From Eledone cirrhosa (Eukaryota), in the NCBI GenBank assembly GCA_964016885.1, contig OZ024747.1, forward strand, positions 80,662,001-80,726,000: a stretch of DNA of 64,000 nt, read 5' to 3'. The notes beneath the pieces were generated by a model. The model saw only the letters and a list, made by a program, of their open reading frames with translations, ran no database searches and was not told the origin of the DNA. Each line of letters starts with the position of its first letter. Positions within the stretch are counted from its first letter, which is position 1. The position numbers and the translations under genes were made by a program. Shown here piece by piece: positions 14,312-26,649 of this stretch.

Positions 14312-17300
14312 TTGAGAGTTGGCTGTTTGAACGCGCGTGGCCTGGGCTCAGCTTGGAAGCAAGCAAAGCTTCTAAGTGACGTCAGGTCACAAAGTATAGA
14401 TGTGATGGTTGTTTGCGAGAGTCGGATCAGCAGCGTGAGACAGCTGGCGCCCGCCTTCGATGACTTTGAGATGCACGCATCTCTCTGTCAACCCGGAGGC
14501 GGGGGGGGGGGGAGTTGCCGTACTGCTGGATAAACGTCTGACTCTCGACGTACAGATTGTTCATTCGGACCCGGGGTTCGATTACTGGTGCTGGACGTCG
14601 GAGGCGGTGAAGGCGGGGCTTTCAGACTGGTCGGTCTTTATGCTCCCTTCGGGGCGGAAAGAGCCGACTTCTTCCAGCGTCTGGAGACTTTTCTAGGAAC
14701 GTCGCGTTCCCTGCTTTTAGTGGGGGACTGGAATGGAATCCTAGATGCGCGTTGGGACTATGCAGGGGCATGTCCCGATAGAGGGGGGTGTAGCAGCCTC
14801 AAGGGGTTACTCGATCGATTCGACCTGGTCGATAGATTTCGACTAGATTGTCCAACTGCGCCAACCTGGACCTGGGCAAACCGCAGTGGACAATCTAGAT
14901 CGTACCTAGATAGGTTTTTGGTTAGCAGTAAGGATAGGGACGTATTTAGTTGTCCAGAACTGATCATGGTTGGCTATTCAGATCACAAATTAGTGACCTG
15001 CGTGGTCAACCTTGATAGAACGCATAGACAGGGTCCCGGTTACTGGAAGATGAACTTGTCCTTGCCGACAAAGAAAGATTACAGAAACCGGATTAGTAGC
15101 TTAGTTAAGATGCGGTTGACGGGAGCGATCGTCAACAGTAGGTGGTGGGTATCTCTAAAGAGAGAGATTAGAGTAAGTTCGATAGGTTACAGTAAGGAAC
15201 TAGCGGCAAATAGAAATAGGAAGGAAAGGGAGTTAACAGATAAACTAGAAGAGGCGATTAGGAGCGGAGACGTAGCCAGAGTGTTAGCGGCGAGAACGGC
15301 GTTGAGCCAGTTCTTTGACGCGAAGCACGAAGGCTGCGTTGTCCGAAGTAAAATACGTGCTTTAGGAAACGAGGGGACCAAAGCTGTTAGCTGGGCCCGC
15401 GTGACAGAAGCCAAGAGTGGGATTAAATCCACCATTCGGTCTTTGCGAGACCAGGATGGACGGGTGATCCTTGAACCTGAGCGGATGTGCGAGGCCTTTC
15501 AAAGGCACTTTGCTCGACTGTTCGGAGGGGGCGGGGGGCCGGACGGGGATGTGGACTTCGGTCCATACCTCGACGGTCTACCGCGTCTTTCGAGCGGCGA
15601 AGCGGAGTGCTGCGAAAGGCCAATCACAGCCACTGAAATCGGGGAAGCGCTCAGCCAATGCAGCAGACGCAAATCTCCGGGTCTCGATGGTCTACCATAC
15701 GAACTTTATTTAGCTATGCCGGTCTTGTTCTCCGAACTCCTCGAGGCTGTCTATTGCAACTGGCAACAGAACGGGAGAATTCCCTGTTCTGTGACCAAGG
15801 GCGTGGTCACGCTAGTGAGGAAGGACGAGAGCAAGGGGGACGACTTAAGTAACTTTAGGCCCATAACTCTGCTGAATGCAGAGTTACAGATTTTGGCCAA
15901 GGTGTTGGCGAAGAGGTTGGCGCTTGTGGTGGGTGGTTTGGTGGGAGACGCGCAGACATGCGCTATCCCGTCCAGGTCCATTCACGACAACCTCCACCTC
16001 ATGCGATACATCATAGAGAGGGTTGGCAACGAACCCGGCTTTGGTGGGGCCCTGATCAACTTGGATCAATCTAAGGCGTTCGATAGGGTCGACCATGGTT
16101 ACCTGGATGCGGTGCTAGCGGCGGCGAGCTTCGGACCCGTTTTCAGGGGCTGGATTTCTGCCATGCACAGTGGCAACATCTACTCTAGGATTAAAGTAAA
16201 CGGCTACCTCTCGGAGCCGTTTCAAATCACCCGGTCCATCAGGCAGGGGTGCCCCCTCTCCTCCCTTCTGTACGTATTGACTCTCGAGCCACTGCTGCGG
16301 AAGTTGGAGTTGCTGCGGGGCATACCCCTGGAACCGGGATTGCACAAAGCGGTCTCGGCCTATGCCGACGACGTAACAGTAATGGTGGCGGACGCCTCGG
16401 AAATCGGGGCGATCGCCACCCTACTGGGGGAATACGAAAGGCTGACGGGGGCTAGGCTGAACCAGGACAAGTCAGTCGGTTTGCAACTCGGAACGTGGAG
16501 GGGCAAACCGATGCCGTTAGACGGTGTCGTCGGGCGGTGGACGGAGGGCCCGGTGAAGCTGCTCGGGGTCTGGTTCGGACCGGACCTCCAGGTGGAGAAG
16601 AATTGGGGCGAGGTGACGAGCAGGGTGTTTGCGCTGACCCAGAAGTGGGCCAAGTGCAAACTATCACTGAAAGGTCGGGCGGAGGTGACGAACGCTTACG
16701 TAGCGTCCGTCATCTACTACCGCCTGACCGCCGTGCCTTGCCCCAAGGAAAAGCTCACCATCATGGAACGCATGCTCTTCCAGTTCCTCTGGAAGAACCG
16801 GCCTCCCATGGTGAGGAGATCCATCTGCTGCCAGCACCCTTCGAAAGGAGGGCTGGGTATGCCGTGGCTGTTGATGCGTAGGCACGCATTGAGGCTACGG
16901 CATCTACAGGTATTCCTCAACGGTCAGCCGGTGTGGGCCCCGTTTGTGAGGCGAGCCTTCCCACAGCTCGTCTCGCTCACCGAACTGCAATCCTGGGTGA
17001 AGCAAAGACCGAGAAAACTGGGCAACTGGCACACCGAGTGTGCCCAGGCGCTCACGGCTATCTGGCAAGCGGACCCGACTATCAGTGGAGAATCCACCTC
17101 GACATTCTATAGAGGGTTGGTGGCTAGCAAGGGCGACGACACCCTTGGAGAGTCGCTAGGCATGGCGGAGGACGAACTGGCCAGCCTGTTCGGTAGAACT
17201 TTCGGCCCGGGACCCATGGACAACTTCCAGAGGTCCCTAGCCTGGCAGTGTTACCGGGGGGCTCTGCCCGTTCGAGAAAAGCTCTACAGACACGGGCGCC

Positions 17301-17743
17301 CGGGCAGGGATCCCGCGAAAAAGATCTGTCCCAGATGCGTGCGCGACGAGGAAACCGTTGCGCATGCACTGGTACACTGCCCGGGCGTTGCCGATCTGTG
17401 GGGCTACGTCGAACGACTGCTGTCGCGTGTGGCGCCGATTCGATTAACCGCCGAGTCTGTGGTGAACATCAAGCCGCCTCCTCCCTTCAGAAATGAAGCA
17501 GAGGCGTTCTTTCTGTGCGTAATAGCCATGATGAAAGAGGTTATGTGGTGGACGCGCCTGAAAGGTCTGAGGTCGGGTGACTTTCTCTCCGGCCATCACC
17601 TGGTTTACTTCTTCCGATACCACTTCGGAAGAAGGATCAGGATGGAGAGAGAAGTGCTTGGCCCCAGACAGTTTTATGAAAGGTGGGTGAAAGAAGCGAG
17701 AATGGCCCGTGTAAATGGGCCTTCTCTCTACATTGTTCTGTAG
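14312..17743 (+). CDS. Tx1-like ORF2: APE endonuclease, reverse transcriptase, zinc finger; two compensating indels near the N-terminus
   Basis: APE motifs LNARGL, CESR, GGVAVL, VGDWN, SYLDRF, SDHKLV. RT motifs KSPGLDG, NFRPITLLN, LDQSKAFDRV, RQGCPLS, AYADD. Finger CPRC..ETVAHALVHC. Indels at G12 (14501-14512) and ~14573-14577. Confidence 0.92.
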
Positions 17744-18009
17744 GTGAAGAAGTGAAGAGGAAAGGGGGAGCGCCTCCTCTCTGGGCTTCCCCCGCGAAAA
17801 GAGTTGCACACTTTTCGGGGGTATGTGCAATCCCCAACACGCCCCCTCCCTTTTGAGGACTTTTTATTGTTATATTATTATTGTTATTCCTTTTTTCTTT
17901 ACTCGATTTATGTAAACTCCCCCACTGTGTAAATGTCCCCTTCTTTTGTGCCCTCGTGGCAAATAAATAGAAATTTATCTATCTATCTACGGCCAACAAC
18001 TGATTCTTT

Positions 18010-18390
18010 TTTTCAAATACCACTTTGGAAGAAGAATCAGGATGGAGAGAGAGGTGCTGTATCCAGCAAATTTTATGAAAGGTGGGTGAAAGTGGCGAGA
18101 ATGGCCCCAGTGAATGGGCCTTCTTTCTATATCAGCCTGTAGGTTGAGGAAAAAGAGGAAGAGAGGAAAGGGGTACAAACTCTTCGTACTCCTGGAGATG
18201 AGGGTTGCACATTTTTTCGGGGGTATGTGTTACCCATATGAACTGTCTCCCCCTATTGGGGAAAATCGACTAATTTTTTAAATTGCATTTGTGATAACAT
18301 TTTACACGTTTTTATTGTATGTAAACTTCCCCCTTTATATTTGTCCCCTTCTTTTGTGCCGCTGTGGCTAATAGAGAAACATATCTATCG
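18010..18390 (+). mobile_element. Diverged 5'-truncated second copy of the Tx1-like element
   Basis: Encodes ..FYERWVKVARMAPVNGPSFYISL* versus FYERWVKEARMARVNGPSLYIVL* in the full copy. Homologous 3' UTR (TGTCCCCTTCTTTTGTGCC) ending in ATATCTATC. Confidence 0.88.
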
Positions 18391-18811
18391 TTCTATATAT
18401 CTCTCTATCCATCATCTCTCTCTCTCTCTCTCTCTCCATCTCTCTCTCTCTACCTATCTATTGGTCTGTCTGTATTTGACTATATGTCTCTCACTCTGAC
18501 ATTTTGATTATCTATATATTGGTATGTCCCCTTTTGTTTATCTCTCTTTCTCACTCTCTATCTCTACCCCACCTCTCTCTCTCTCTCTCGGTTTAAGAAT
18601 CTATACTCGTTCTTTCTCCTATGATATTTATTCTTGTACATTTCATGATGATTTTCTCACGTTTCCCTTTATTTTAAGCAATTCTATAACCCCAAACCTC
18701 TACGTTCTCATATGATGGCTACGGAAGTAATTAACATTAAAATAATCATTCAGTATATATTAATCCATATTTGTAAACATCATAATATCACGAAAGGATC
18801 GTAAATGGAGC

Positions 18812-19035
18812 AGTAATTGTGGTTTCTGATTAAGGCATAAGACCAACAATTTTTGGGGAGGGAAAGTTGATTAAATCGACCCAGTGTGTAATGGCACTTT
18901 ATTTCATCGACCACGTAAAGATGAAAATCAAAGCTAACCTCGACTGGATTTGAAATCAGAACGTAAATGATCGTATCTCTATGTCACGAAGCATGGTGTC
19001 CGACGCTCCAGCGGTACTGCCAATTCATCTCCCTT
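18812..19035 (-). mobile_element. SINE family A, older/longer variant
   Basis: Diverged reverse complement of the family A head, central domain and tail. Confidence 0.7.
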
Positions 19036-19464
19036 AAATTGAGTATTAATAGTATTAGCTACATATAGCTAATGGTAGGGATAATTTAATGAGTTAAACC
19101 CGTGTTAGATTTATTCTAAGAAAATGGTACAGACCAGACTAACTAATTTGAATTTCAAGGAATATATTTTCTTTGAATGACTAACTAATTTCAATTTCAA
19201 GGAATTTGATATCTTTGAATCTTTGAATTACTAATTTACCCCCTTTAACCTATTTATTATTATATTTGTTTTTTTGTAGCTAATTTCGAAATTACTTGCC
19301 TTTGAAGATCTCTCCTACTTTTTATAAAAACAACTCCAATCAACCGTGAGAGTACCCATCTTTTTTCTATATAACAGGCTGAATGAGTTTGGGTGTATAA
19401 CCCAACGAAACATAAGTACCTGTATATGTCACTGTTGTAACTAATTATATACATCTTTCTCTCC

Positions 19465-19600
<136 letters not shown>

Positions 19601-20012
19601 TTGAGGTTGGTAATGGCACATGGAATATATAAGAGACAGAATACTTTTTTATGAAAAAACATATAATTTTATAAGGTAAGGAAAGAATAAAGCGTATAAA
19701 AAATGACCGGTTTCGATGGGTCTGCAAAAGCCATCTTTTCAAATGTTGATTAATATTAAGAAAAATTAATAATAAGAAGAGTTAAAATTTGAGATTTGAA
19801 AATTCAAGTATAAAATTCAGTGTGGGATTTCATAGTAGTTTTCATCTTGGTAGCAGCAAGTTGACTGCTGTCTGCCTTTCTGGTAGTGAATGAGGAGTTA
19901 TTTGTAGGGAGTGTTTTTTTTTTATAAAGGTCAGATTTAGCAATGGCCAGATGGCCATCTGCTGGTCAGTGAGGGGGTGGAAGCAATATATATATATAAT
20001 TATATATATATA

Positions 20013-20152
<140 letters not shown>

Positions 20153-20162
20153 TATATATATA

Positions 20163-20206
<44 letters not shown>

Positions 20207-20265
20207 TTCACATTCCCATTAGAAATTCACTTTGAAGATTTACTAGATAACGTGTCTTTGTTGCA

Positions 20266-20460
20266 AGGGCGGTGGATTGGCAGTATCGGTAGAGGGTCGG
20301 GCGCCATGCTTTGAAGCATACAGTTACCGCCCTTTATGATCTGAGTTCAAATCCCACCGAGGTTAACTTTGCCTTTCATCCTTACGGCGTGGATAAAATA
20401 AAGTATCAGTAATGTACTGGGGTAATTGCTGGCCTTGTGCCAAAAGTAGAAATAATTATT
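20266..20460 (+). mobile_element. SINE family A
   Basis: High similarity to 6371-6563. Confidence 0.85.
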
Positions 20461-21035
20461 TTGTAGCCCCAAGTCAGCACACATCAAGGACCCTATTGAC
20501 CGCAAGTAGACGTCCGAATGACGAAGTGCAACACAAATTTATTGTTCCACATAAGCCATGTCTCCAGTTTGGTATGCGGTTTAACAGTCTAGACATATAA
20601 TCTCTACTGCCTTCAGTTTTAAGTACTGCTTTAGATTATTCCATATGGTATTAAATCGGATATGTTAGCTAGTAAACTATATTTCTTTGTAAGGAAAAAG
20701 ATGTCCTCATCACATGAAATTGATGTATGGCGTTCTCTCACTGTCTTTCTTTCTTTCACACACACACACACGCACACGCACACACACACATGTATATATA
20801 CATATATATATGCATGCACACACACACACTCACACAAACACACACATATATATAGTTAAAGAAAAAGGGCAAACGCAGACATACAATAACAATAGTCTTA
20901 TTAGTTTCACGCTTGAAAGAGAATAAAGGTTCAATGTATAGGACTTTAGTCCTTCATCAAGCATATAGGAACCACAACGATGGGGTTCAGATATATATAT
21001 ATATATATGAATGGCGAATTCTTCGCCTGCAAATA

Positions 21036-21285
21036 TCAGTGGGCAGAATTGTTGTCCTGTTTTGTGTGGTGGCACAACCTGAGGTGGCTGTAGAGGCCAA
21101 TCTTGGACCCACAGGCTCTGGTACAGTTGGGGAAAGTGAGTACTTCTTTGATGTTTGTCTTCATCTGTCGCCTTCCCACCCTCATCAAAGCTGGCTGTAG
21201 CTGGCTGTTGCTGATGATGCCTCTACATTTCTCTGTCCTCTGCCAGGTCTTTCCCTTCCCTGTGAGGAATATTGCCTTCATTTAA
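21036..21285 (-). mobile_element. RTE-clade LINE 3' fragment
   Basis: PNCTRACGSKIGLYSHLRLC matches the terminal C2H2-like motif (CxRxCxSxIGLxSH) of RTE-type ORFs. Confidence 0.65.
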
Positions 21286-21696
21286 ATTTACAAACATGGT
21301 TTTCGTTTTATTTATACACCACTCTGTTTTAATTCAGAATAAACTGATTATAACTCTTCTATATATGGAGGGTATGAAATAGATTCATGTGTATAAAGCA
21401 TTTATGATACATACTATATTCTTATAGAATATATACCACTGTAATTTATAAATAACACTGAGAAATATTTATGTGATGTAGACGGTAATGACATGAATGC
21501 AGATATCTGGAAATTGTTGTAAGACGACGGAACTCTTAGTACTCATAATTTGTCTGTTACTTCCGCTTACAATTGTGTATATGATGGTTATGGCTCTTCA
21601 TGAGATCTGTCTTCCATGCGAGATATCCGGATATGAATGAGGTGGATGTATGTATGTATGTATATATGTATGTATGCATGTGTCTATGTATGTATG

Positions 21697-23190
21697 TTCT
21701 TCTGGTTTTATAATTTCACAAAGCTTTACCAATAGAGAGAGAGTCGGTTTCTAACATAGACACAAGACTCTCTCATTGGAATTTACACAACATCAACTAG
21801 GTAGATATGTATGTATGCATGCATGTGTAGATATGGATGTTATTGTATGTGTGGATGTGTATATTTTGAGTTGTATGTGTGCATGTGTATATACTTTGTA
21901 TCTGTACATGTGTATATGCAGTTATTAGATGCAACATTTTTGGAATGTTTTACATATTTTTACTGTTCCATTAATGGATTGTACTTGTAATTTCCTAACT
22001 AGTTGCGTTCTTTCTGTTCCTGTGAAGCCTAGCTTCTTAAGATTTGTATTGAGGCAGTTACTAACATACCCCAGTGCCCCAATAATCACAGGCATAAATC
22101 TGAAGGTGTAATCAGGGTGGAGTATCTGCAGATTTCTCATCAGTTCTGCATAAATATTCTCCTTTTCACTAATCTTTGATATTATATTGGCATCTGCTGG
22201 GCAGCTAATTTCCACTACTGTGCATGTTTTCTTCTCCCTGTCCCATATCATAATATCTGGTCTGTTATACCTGCATTTTAGTGGGGTTTTTACTGGAACA
22301 TTCCACCAGTACTCTTTCATATTATGTACATGGATGTCTTCCACATTGTTGTAGCTTTTAATGTGTTTATTATCGGGGCTATCTTTTTTACGAACTGCAT
22401 CGTACAGTGTTTTGGCCACTACATCATGCCTCATAGGTAGATAGTACCGCGATGACATCTTTGGACAGCTGCTGATGACATGGGTGATATCCTCGATGTT
22501 AGTTCTGCAGAGTCTGAACTTGTTATCACATTTAGGTATTTTGCCTGCATCGCTATCTCTTTTGTGAATCAGATATTTCATGCTAATCTCCTGTTCTTGG
22601 ATTGCAAAAGCGTATCCTTCAAAGTGGGAGCCAATATAGCGGTTGTTGGTCCAAGATAGACTACTTTCCTTATCTACTCTGGAGCTCCTGGCAACATATC
22701 CATGCATGATTTTTTGCTGATAGGCATGCAGTTTTTCATCCATGGATTCACTGCGATACTGCTGAGTGACATCCCTGGGTGTGAGTTTTTGATTATCACA
22801 CAGGGAATATCTCTCAAGGAGTTCCTTCCCAACTCTCATGATCTTATCTGTTTCATGCAGATAGACTTGGTCGAGAGACGGGCTCCTACGCTTCGAGGTT
22901 CGTAGATGTTGTCGGAGAGATATGATGCGGCATTCAAATGCTGTCTGGACTGATGTTAGGCCTCTGCCTCCCTGCTTACGTTTCAAGTAAAGGCGGTCTA
23001 TGTCACTGTTGATGTGGAAGTTTTCGGTGTTGTTCAGTATTTTTCGACTTCTAACATCAACTGCTCGGATTTCGTCTATCGTCCAATTGAGTATTCCAAA
23101 CGTTGGTGTTAGGACAGGCACAGCAAACACATTGTGAGCCAGTGTTTTGTTTTGCGCAGAAAGTTCCGATGACCAGATCTTTCTTAATTG
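21697..23190 (-). mobile_element. 5'-truncated R4/Dong-type non-LTR retrotransposon
   Basis: Open frame RKIWSSELSAQNK..FAVPVL..RLYLKRKQGGRGL..RLCRTNIEDITHVISSC..RHD..RPDI..VVEIS..KENIY: RT thumb, CCHC finger (first Cys appears mutated to Phe) and REL endonuclease. The 3' UTR runs into (TACA)n. Confidence 0.9.
21925..23130 (-). CDS. C-terminal part of R4/Dong ORF (zinc finger and PD-(D/E)xK endonuclease)
   Basis: 401-aa ORF with the motifs above. The RT core is missing through 5' truncation. Confidence 0.85.
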   Translation of the reverse strand: MFAVPVLTPTFGILNWTIDEIRAVDVRSRKILNNTENFHINSDIDRLYLKRKQGGRGLTSVQTAFECRIISLRQHLRTSKRRSPSLDQVYLHETDKIMRVGKELLERYSLCDNQKLTPRDVTQQYRSESMDEKLHAYQQKIMHGYVARSSRVDKESSLSWTNNRYIGSHFEGYAFAIQEQEISMKYLIHKRDSDAGKIPKCDNKFRLCRTNIEDITHVISSCPKMSSRYYLPMRHDVVAKTLYDAVRKKDSPDNKHIKSYNNVEDIHVHNMKEYWWNVPVKTPLKCRYNRPDIMIWDREKKTCTVVEISCPADANIISKISEKENIYAELMRNLQILHPDYTFRFMPVIIGALGYVSNCLNTNLKKLGFTGTERTQLVRKLQVQSINGTVKICKTFQKCCI

Positions 23191-23249
23191 GGTGTAGTAT
23201 TCCCTGGTTACGCGTTCTTTATTACAGATACCATTATAGGTTATGTTCT

Positions 23250-23400
23250 TTGAAGCATAGAGTTACCTCCCTTTATGATCTGAGTTCAAATCCCGCCGAG
23301 GTTAACTTTGCCTTTCATCCTTACGAGGTCGATAAAATAAAGTACCAGTAATGCACTGGGATAATTGCTGGCTTTGTTCCAAAAGTAAAAAACAATTATT
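23250..23400 (+). mobile_element. SINE family A (head degraded)
   Basis: Box B, central domain and tail match. A further 3' fragment lies at 23880-23945 (-). Confidence 0.8.
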
Positions 23401-24025
23401 CTCTCTCTTACTTCCTCCTCCAGCAGGCATCCATGGATATTCCTATTACGAAAATTTGAATTTAAATACAACCAATCTAGAGATTTACTGACCAAAGGAA
23501 TCCTGAAATATTCCACTTTGGCCATTTTAGCTTTATCTTTTGTGTACCTAAATAAACAGGTACAGAAACTATTTATAATAACACTAACTTCAGATGTTTT
23601 CTCTCTTCACAAATTCCCATCATATTCTTCAACTTGTACTTACAACAGGTTCTTCACAACACACAACATTCCCCAGAACCATATAGTTCGATCAGCTTTC
23701 TTTGCTGTATCCGATTTACCTCCCCTAACTTTTCTTAGCTTCCTATTTCCTTGGCTACGTAACGGTATTGGTAAATGTTGATAATTTTTGCTGCATGAAA
23801 TGGTACGACATTGGCCTTGTAAAAATTTAGTGGCAGTGTAAGTATAATACTTATTTATTCTGTCTCTCTATATATGTTATATAAATAACTGTTTCTACTT
23901 TAGGCACAAGGCCAGCAATTACCCAGTGCATTACTGGTACTTTATATAAATAACGAAGTGTGGTAAGGAACCAGATGGACCATAACGCAACAGAGTATTC
24001 AATACTTAGGGTAGTAGAGTGGGTA

Positions 24026-24151
24026 ATAGGAAAATGTTCAAAACCCCGACGGCAAAGCTAAAGCCGTTTCGACGGCTATTTCTGGACAGTCCAGAAATAG
24101 CCGTCGAAACGACTCGAGCTCTGCCGCTGGGGGTCTTGAACATTTTCCTAT
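24026..24151. repeat. Fold-back of a hammerhead 3' half, abutting (TA)n
   Basis: Inner 23-bp arms are perfect (24065-24087 / 24089-24111) around a 1-nt spacer. Outer arms are imperfect. Homologous to 29282-29340. Confidence 0.9.
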
Positions 24152-24937
24152 ATATATATATATATATATACGAAGCGAGGTTAATGGAAGAAGACTGTAA
24201 AAGAAGAAAAGTTTAAAGATGTCAAGTTATGCACGACAGTGAGTGCGAGTGTGTGTGTGCCAGAATAAATATGTTTGTGTGTCTGTGTGTACATATCCGT
24301 GTTAATGTGTTCGCCTACACACGTACGCTTTATAAAAGATTCTAATGCATTGCATTTCCTCTTGGACATATAATTGTCGCTATGCTCTTCATTGGACTGC
24401 AAATCCGGTTTTCCCTCTACAAACTTTTTCGAAATTATAGATTAAAGCTATGAACTTAAAGGAAAAATTCTTTCCTTCCACCTCACCGGAGGTTAATTGG
24501 TACTCAACACCAACTAGACACCAAAACTTAGAACATGCTCGTTATACACAGAAGCAAAGATTTTCTATATTATCAAATTGACTGCTAAATTCGTGCTGTA
24601 TATATACTTGCTACTTGAAACATCACCTCCATTATTTCCACCAGATATCGCATAAAAAAATATTTTCAACTAAATTCTTATTAATATTCGAAAAACTCAG
24701 ATTACATTTATTGTATTCAGCCATGTAGAGCGAAATTTTTCTTTTTTTAATTTGATTTTGGCAAAGCCGACCATTTATCGCTCGTATACAGGAAACTGAC
24801 TGGCCAGTCTGCTGATATGCAAATCTGGCTGATCAGTGGATCTGCTAACATGCAGCCAGTGAGCTAATATGCATATCAGGCCAATAAGTCACTGTATATT
24901 TTAGAAAACAGCATATATTTTCACTAGCTCTGACAGT

Positions 24938-25017
24938 TTGGCAGGTAAACAGTGAGCTGTACTGATGAAGGATGATACCTAGAAACATTAGTGTCTGCAG
25001 GTCTGTTTATATGCCAA
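24938..25017 (+). ncRNA. Type I hammerhead ribozyme fold
   Basis: CTGTA-CTGATGA-AGG(ATGATA)CCT-A-GAAA-CA(TTAG)TG-TC-TGCAG. Stem I extends via TTGGCAGGTAAACAG / CTGTTTATATGCCAA. Confidence 0.75.
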
Positions 25018-25512
25018 CACAAGAGCAAGAATGAAGGGTTCATTCTACTGACATGGCTTTAAAAATGAGGCTTGTTTGCATAAATGCAAACGAATCGAAT
25101 TCGAATATTATTAATATTCGAAAAGCTCAGATAACATTTATTTTATTCAGCCAGGTAGAGCGAATTTTTTTTTTCTTATTTTATACATATGGATTAAAAA
25201 GAAGCGAAAACGATACTTTCGCAACACCTGTAAACTACATGAGTTAAAGAGGAATAAATGAATAGAAATTAACTTCATACACTGAAGATGTGAAAAATTG
25301 TCTTTTCATACGGAATATAAAATGAAGAACAAACGGTCCCCCACCGGAATAGATGAGAGACGGAAATACAATTGTAACTTGTAGTCTTCTAGATAATGTA
25401 TGAGATTCTGTACTCAGTACCAATACAAGGAAAATCTTTCCTCCTGTCGCAGTCTTCCCTGCGAAATTCAAACACACACACCCACTCATACACATTCTCA
25501 CACACACACACG

Positions 25513-25605
<93 letters not shown>

Positions 25606-25607
25606 GC

Positions 25608-25643
<36 letters not shown>

Positions 25644-25664
25644 TTTACATATATATATATACAG

Positions 25665-25698
<34 letters not shown>

Positions 25699-25719
25699 TG
25701 TATGTATATATATATGTAC

Positions 25720-25763
<44 letters not shown>

Positions 25764-25783
25764 TTTACATATATATATATACA

Positions 25784-25820
<37 letters not shown>

Positions 25821-25836
25821 TGTATGTATATATATA

Positions 25837-25903
<67 letters not shown>

Positions 25904-25912
25904 ATATATATG

Positions 25913-26010
<98 letters not shown>

Positions 26011-26269
26011 CATATACATAGGTAGTGTCAGTTATTTAATCATTGAAGGTGGCACTAGTATGAACACTCAATGTTACTACTTGAACAAAGTAATTTCAAT
26101 CAGCAAACTCTTTACACCGTGTAAGAGAGAATGAAGATGCATTTTAATATATTTTGTACATCGTCAAACGTGACACGTGTTTCACAGATGATCAGGTCCA
26201 GGTCTTAATCGATCCGATCGACCTGACTCTCTCTGCTCATAAGTTCGGTGTTAATTGTTAGAATGGGGG

Positions 26270-26630
26270 GGGGGGGTCCGTGTAGTCGATATAGGGAGGG
26301 TGAGTGGAAAAGAGTTCCGTTTAGTTGATATAGAGGGGGGAGAGTTTGGTGTTAAGTGATATAGAGAGGGTGACTGGAAGAGACTACCGTTTAGTAGAAA
26401 TGGAGAGGGGGAGGGTTTGGTGTTAATTGATATAGAGAGGGTGATTGGAAGAGACTTCCATTTAGTAGATATAGAGAGGCAGGAGAATTTGTTGCTAATG
26501 AATAGAGTGAGAGATAGGTATTGATAGATATACAGAAAGGGCAAATAGAGAATAGGAGCATCTGCGAGGAATCGAGCCGACATCTCTTGTATTCCAGCGA
26601 ACTGCTGTTCTATTACGCCGAGGAGTTCTA
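26270..26630 (-). repeat. tRNA-like head (26565-26630) followed by degenerate ~55-bp pyrimidine-rich repeats
   Basis: Minus strand reads CGGCGTAATAG...GGCTCGATTCC, then repeated CCCTCTCTATATC(A/T)ACTAAACGG. A related array lies at 34880-35105 in the opposite orientation. Confidence 0.45.
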
Positions 26631-26649
26631 GCAAACGATATATGTGAGT

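Larger units (their letters stand above)
12273..17975 (+). mobile_element. Near full-length Tx1/L1-type non-LTR retrotransposon
   Basis: Short 5' UTR, ORF1 with zinc knuckle, ORF2 with APE endonuclease, RT and C-terminal CCHC, 3' UTR with AATAAA at 17962. Bounded by (ATCT)n at 12239-12272 and 17976-17989. Confidence 0.93.

Noticed and set aside
14758-17840. Many short antisense and alternative-frame ORFs within the LINE
   Set aside because: By-products of the GC-rich ORF2, with no independent motifs.
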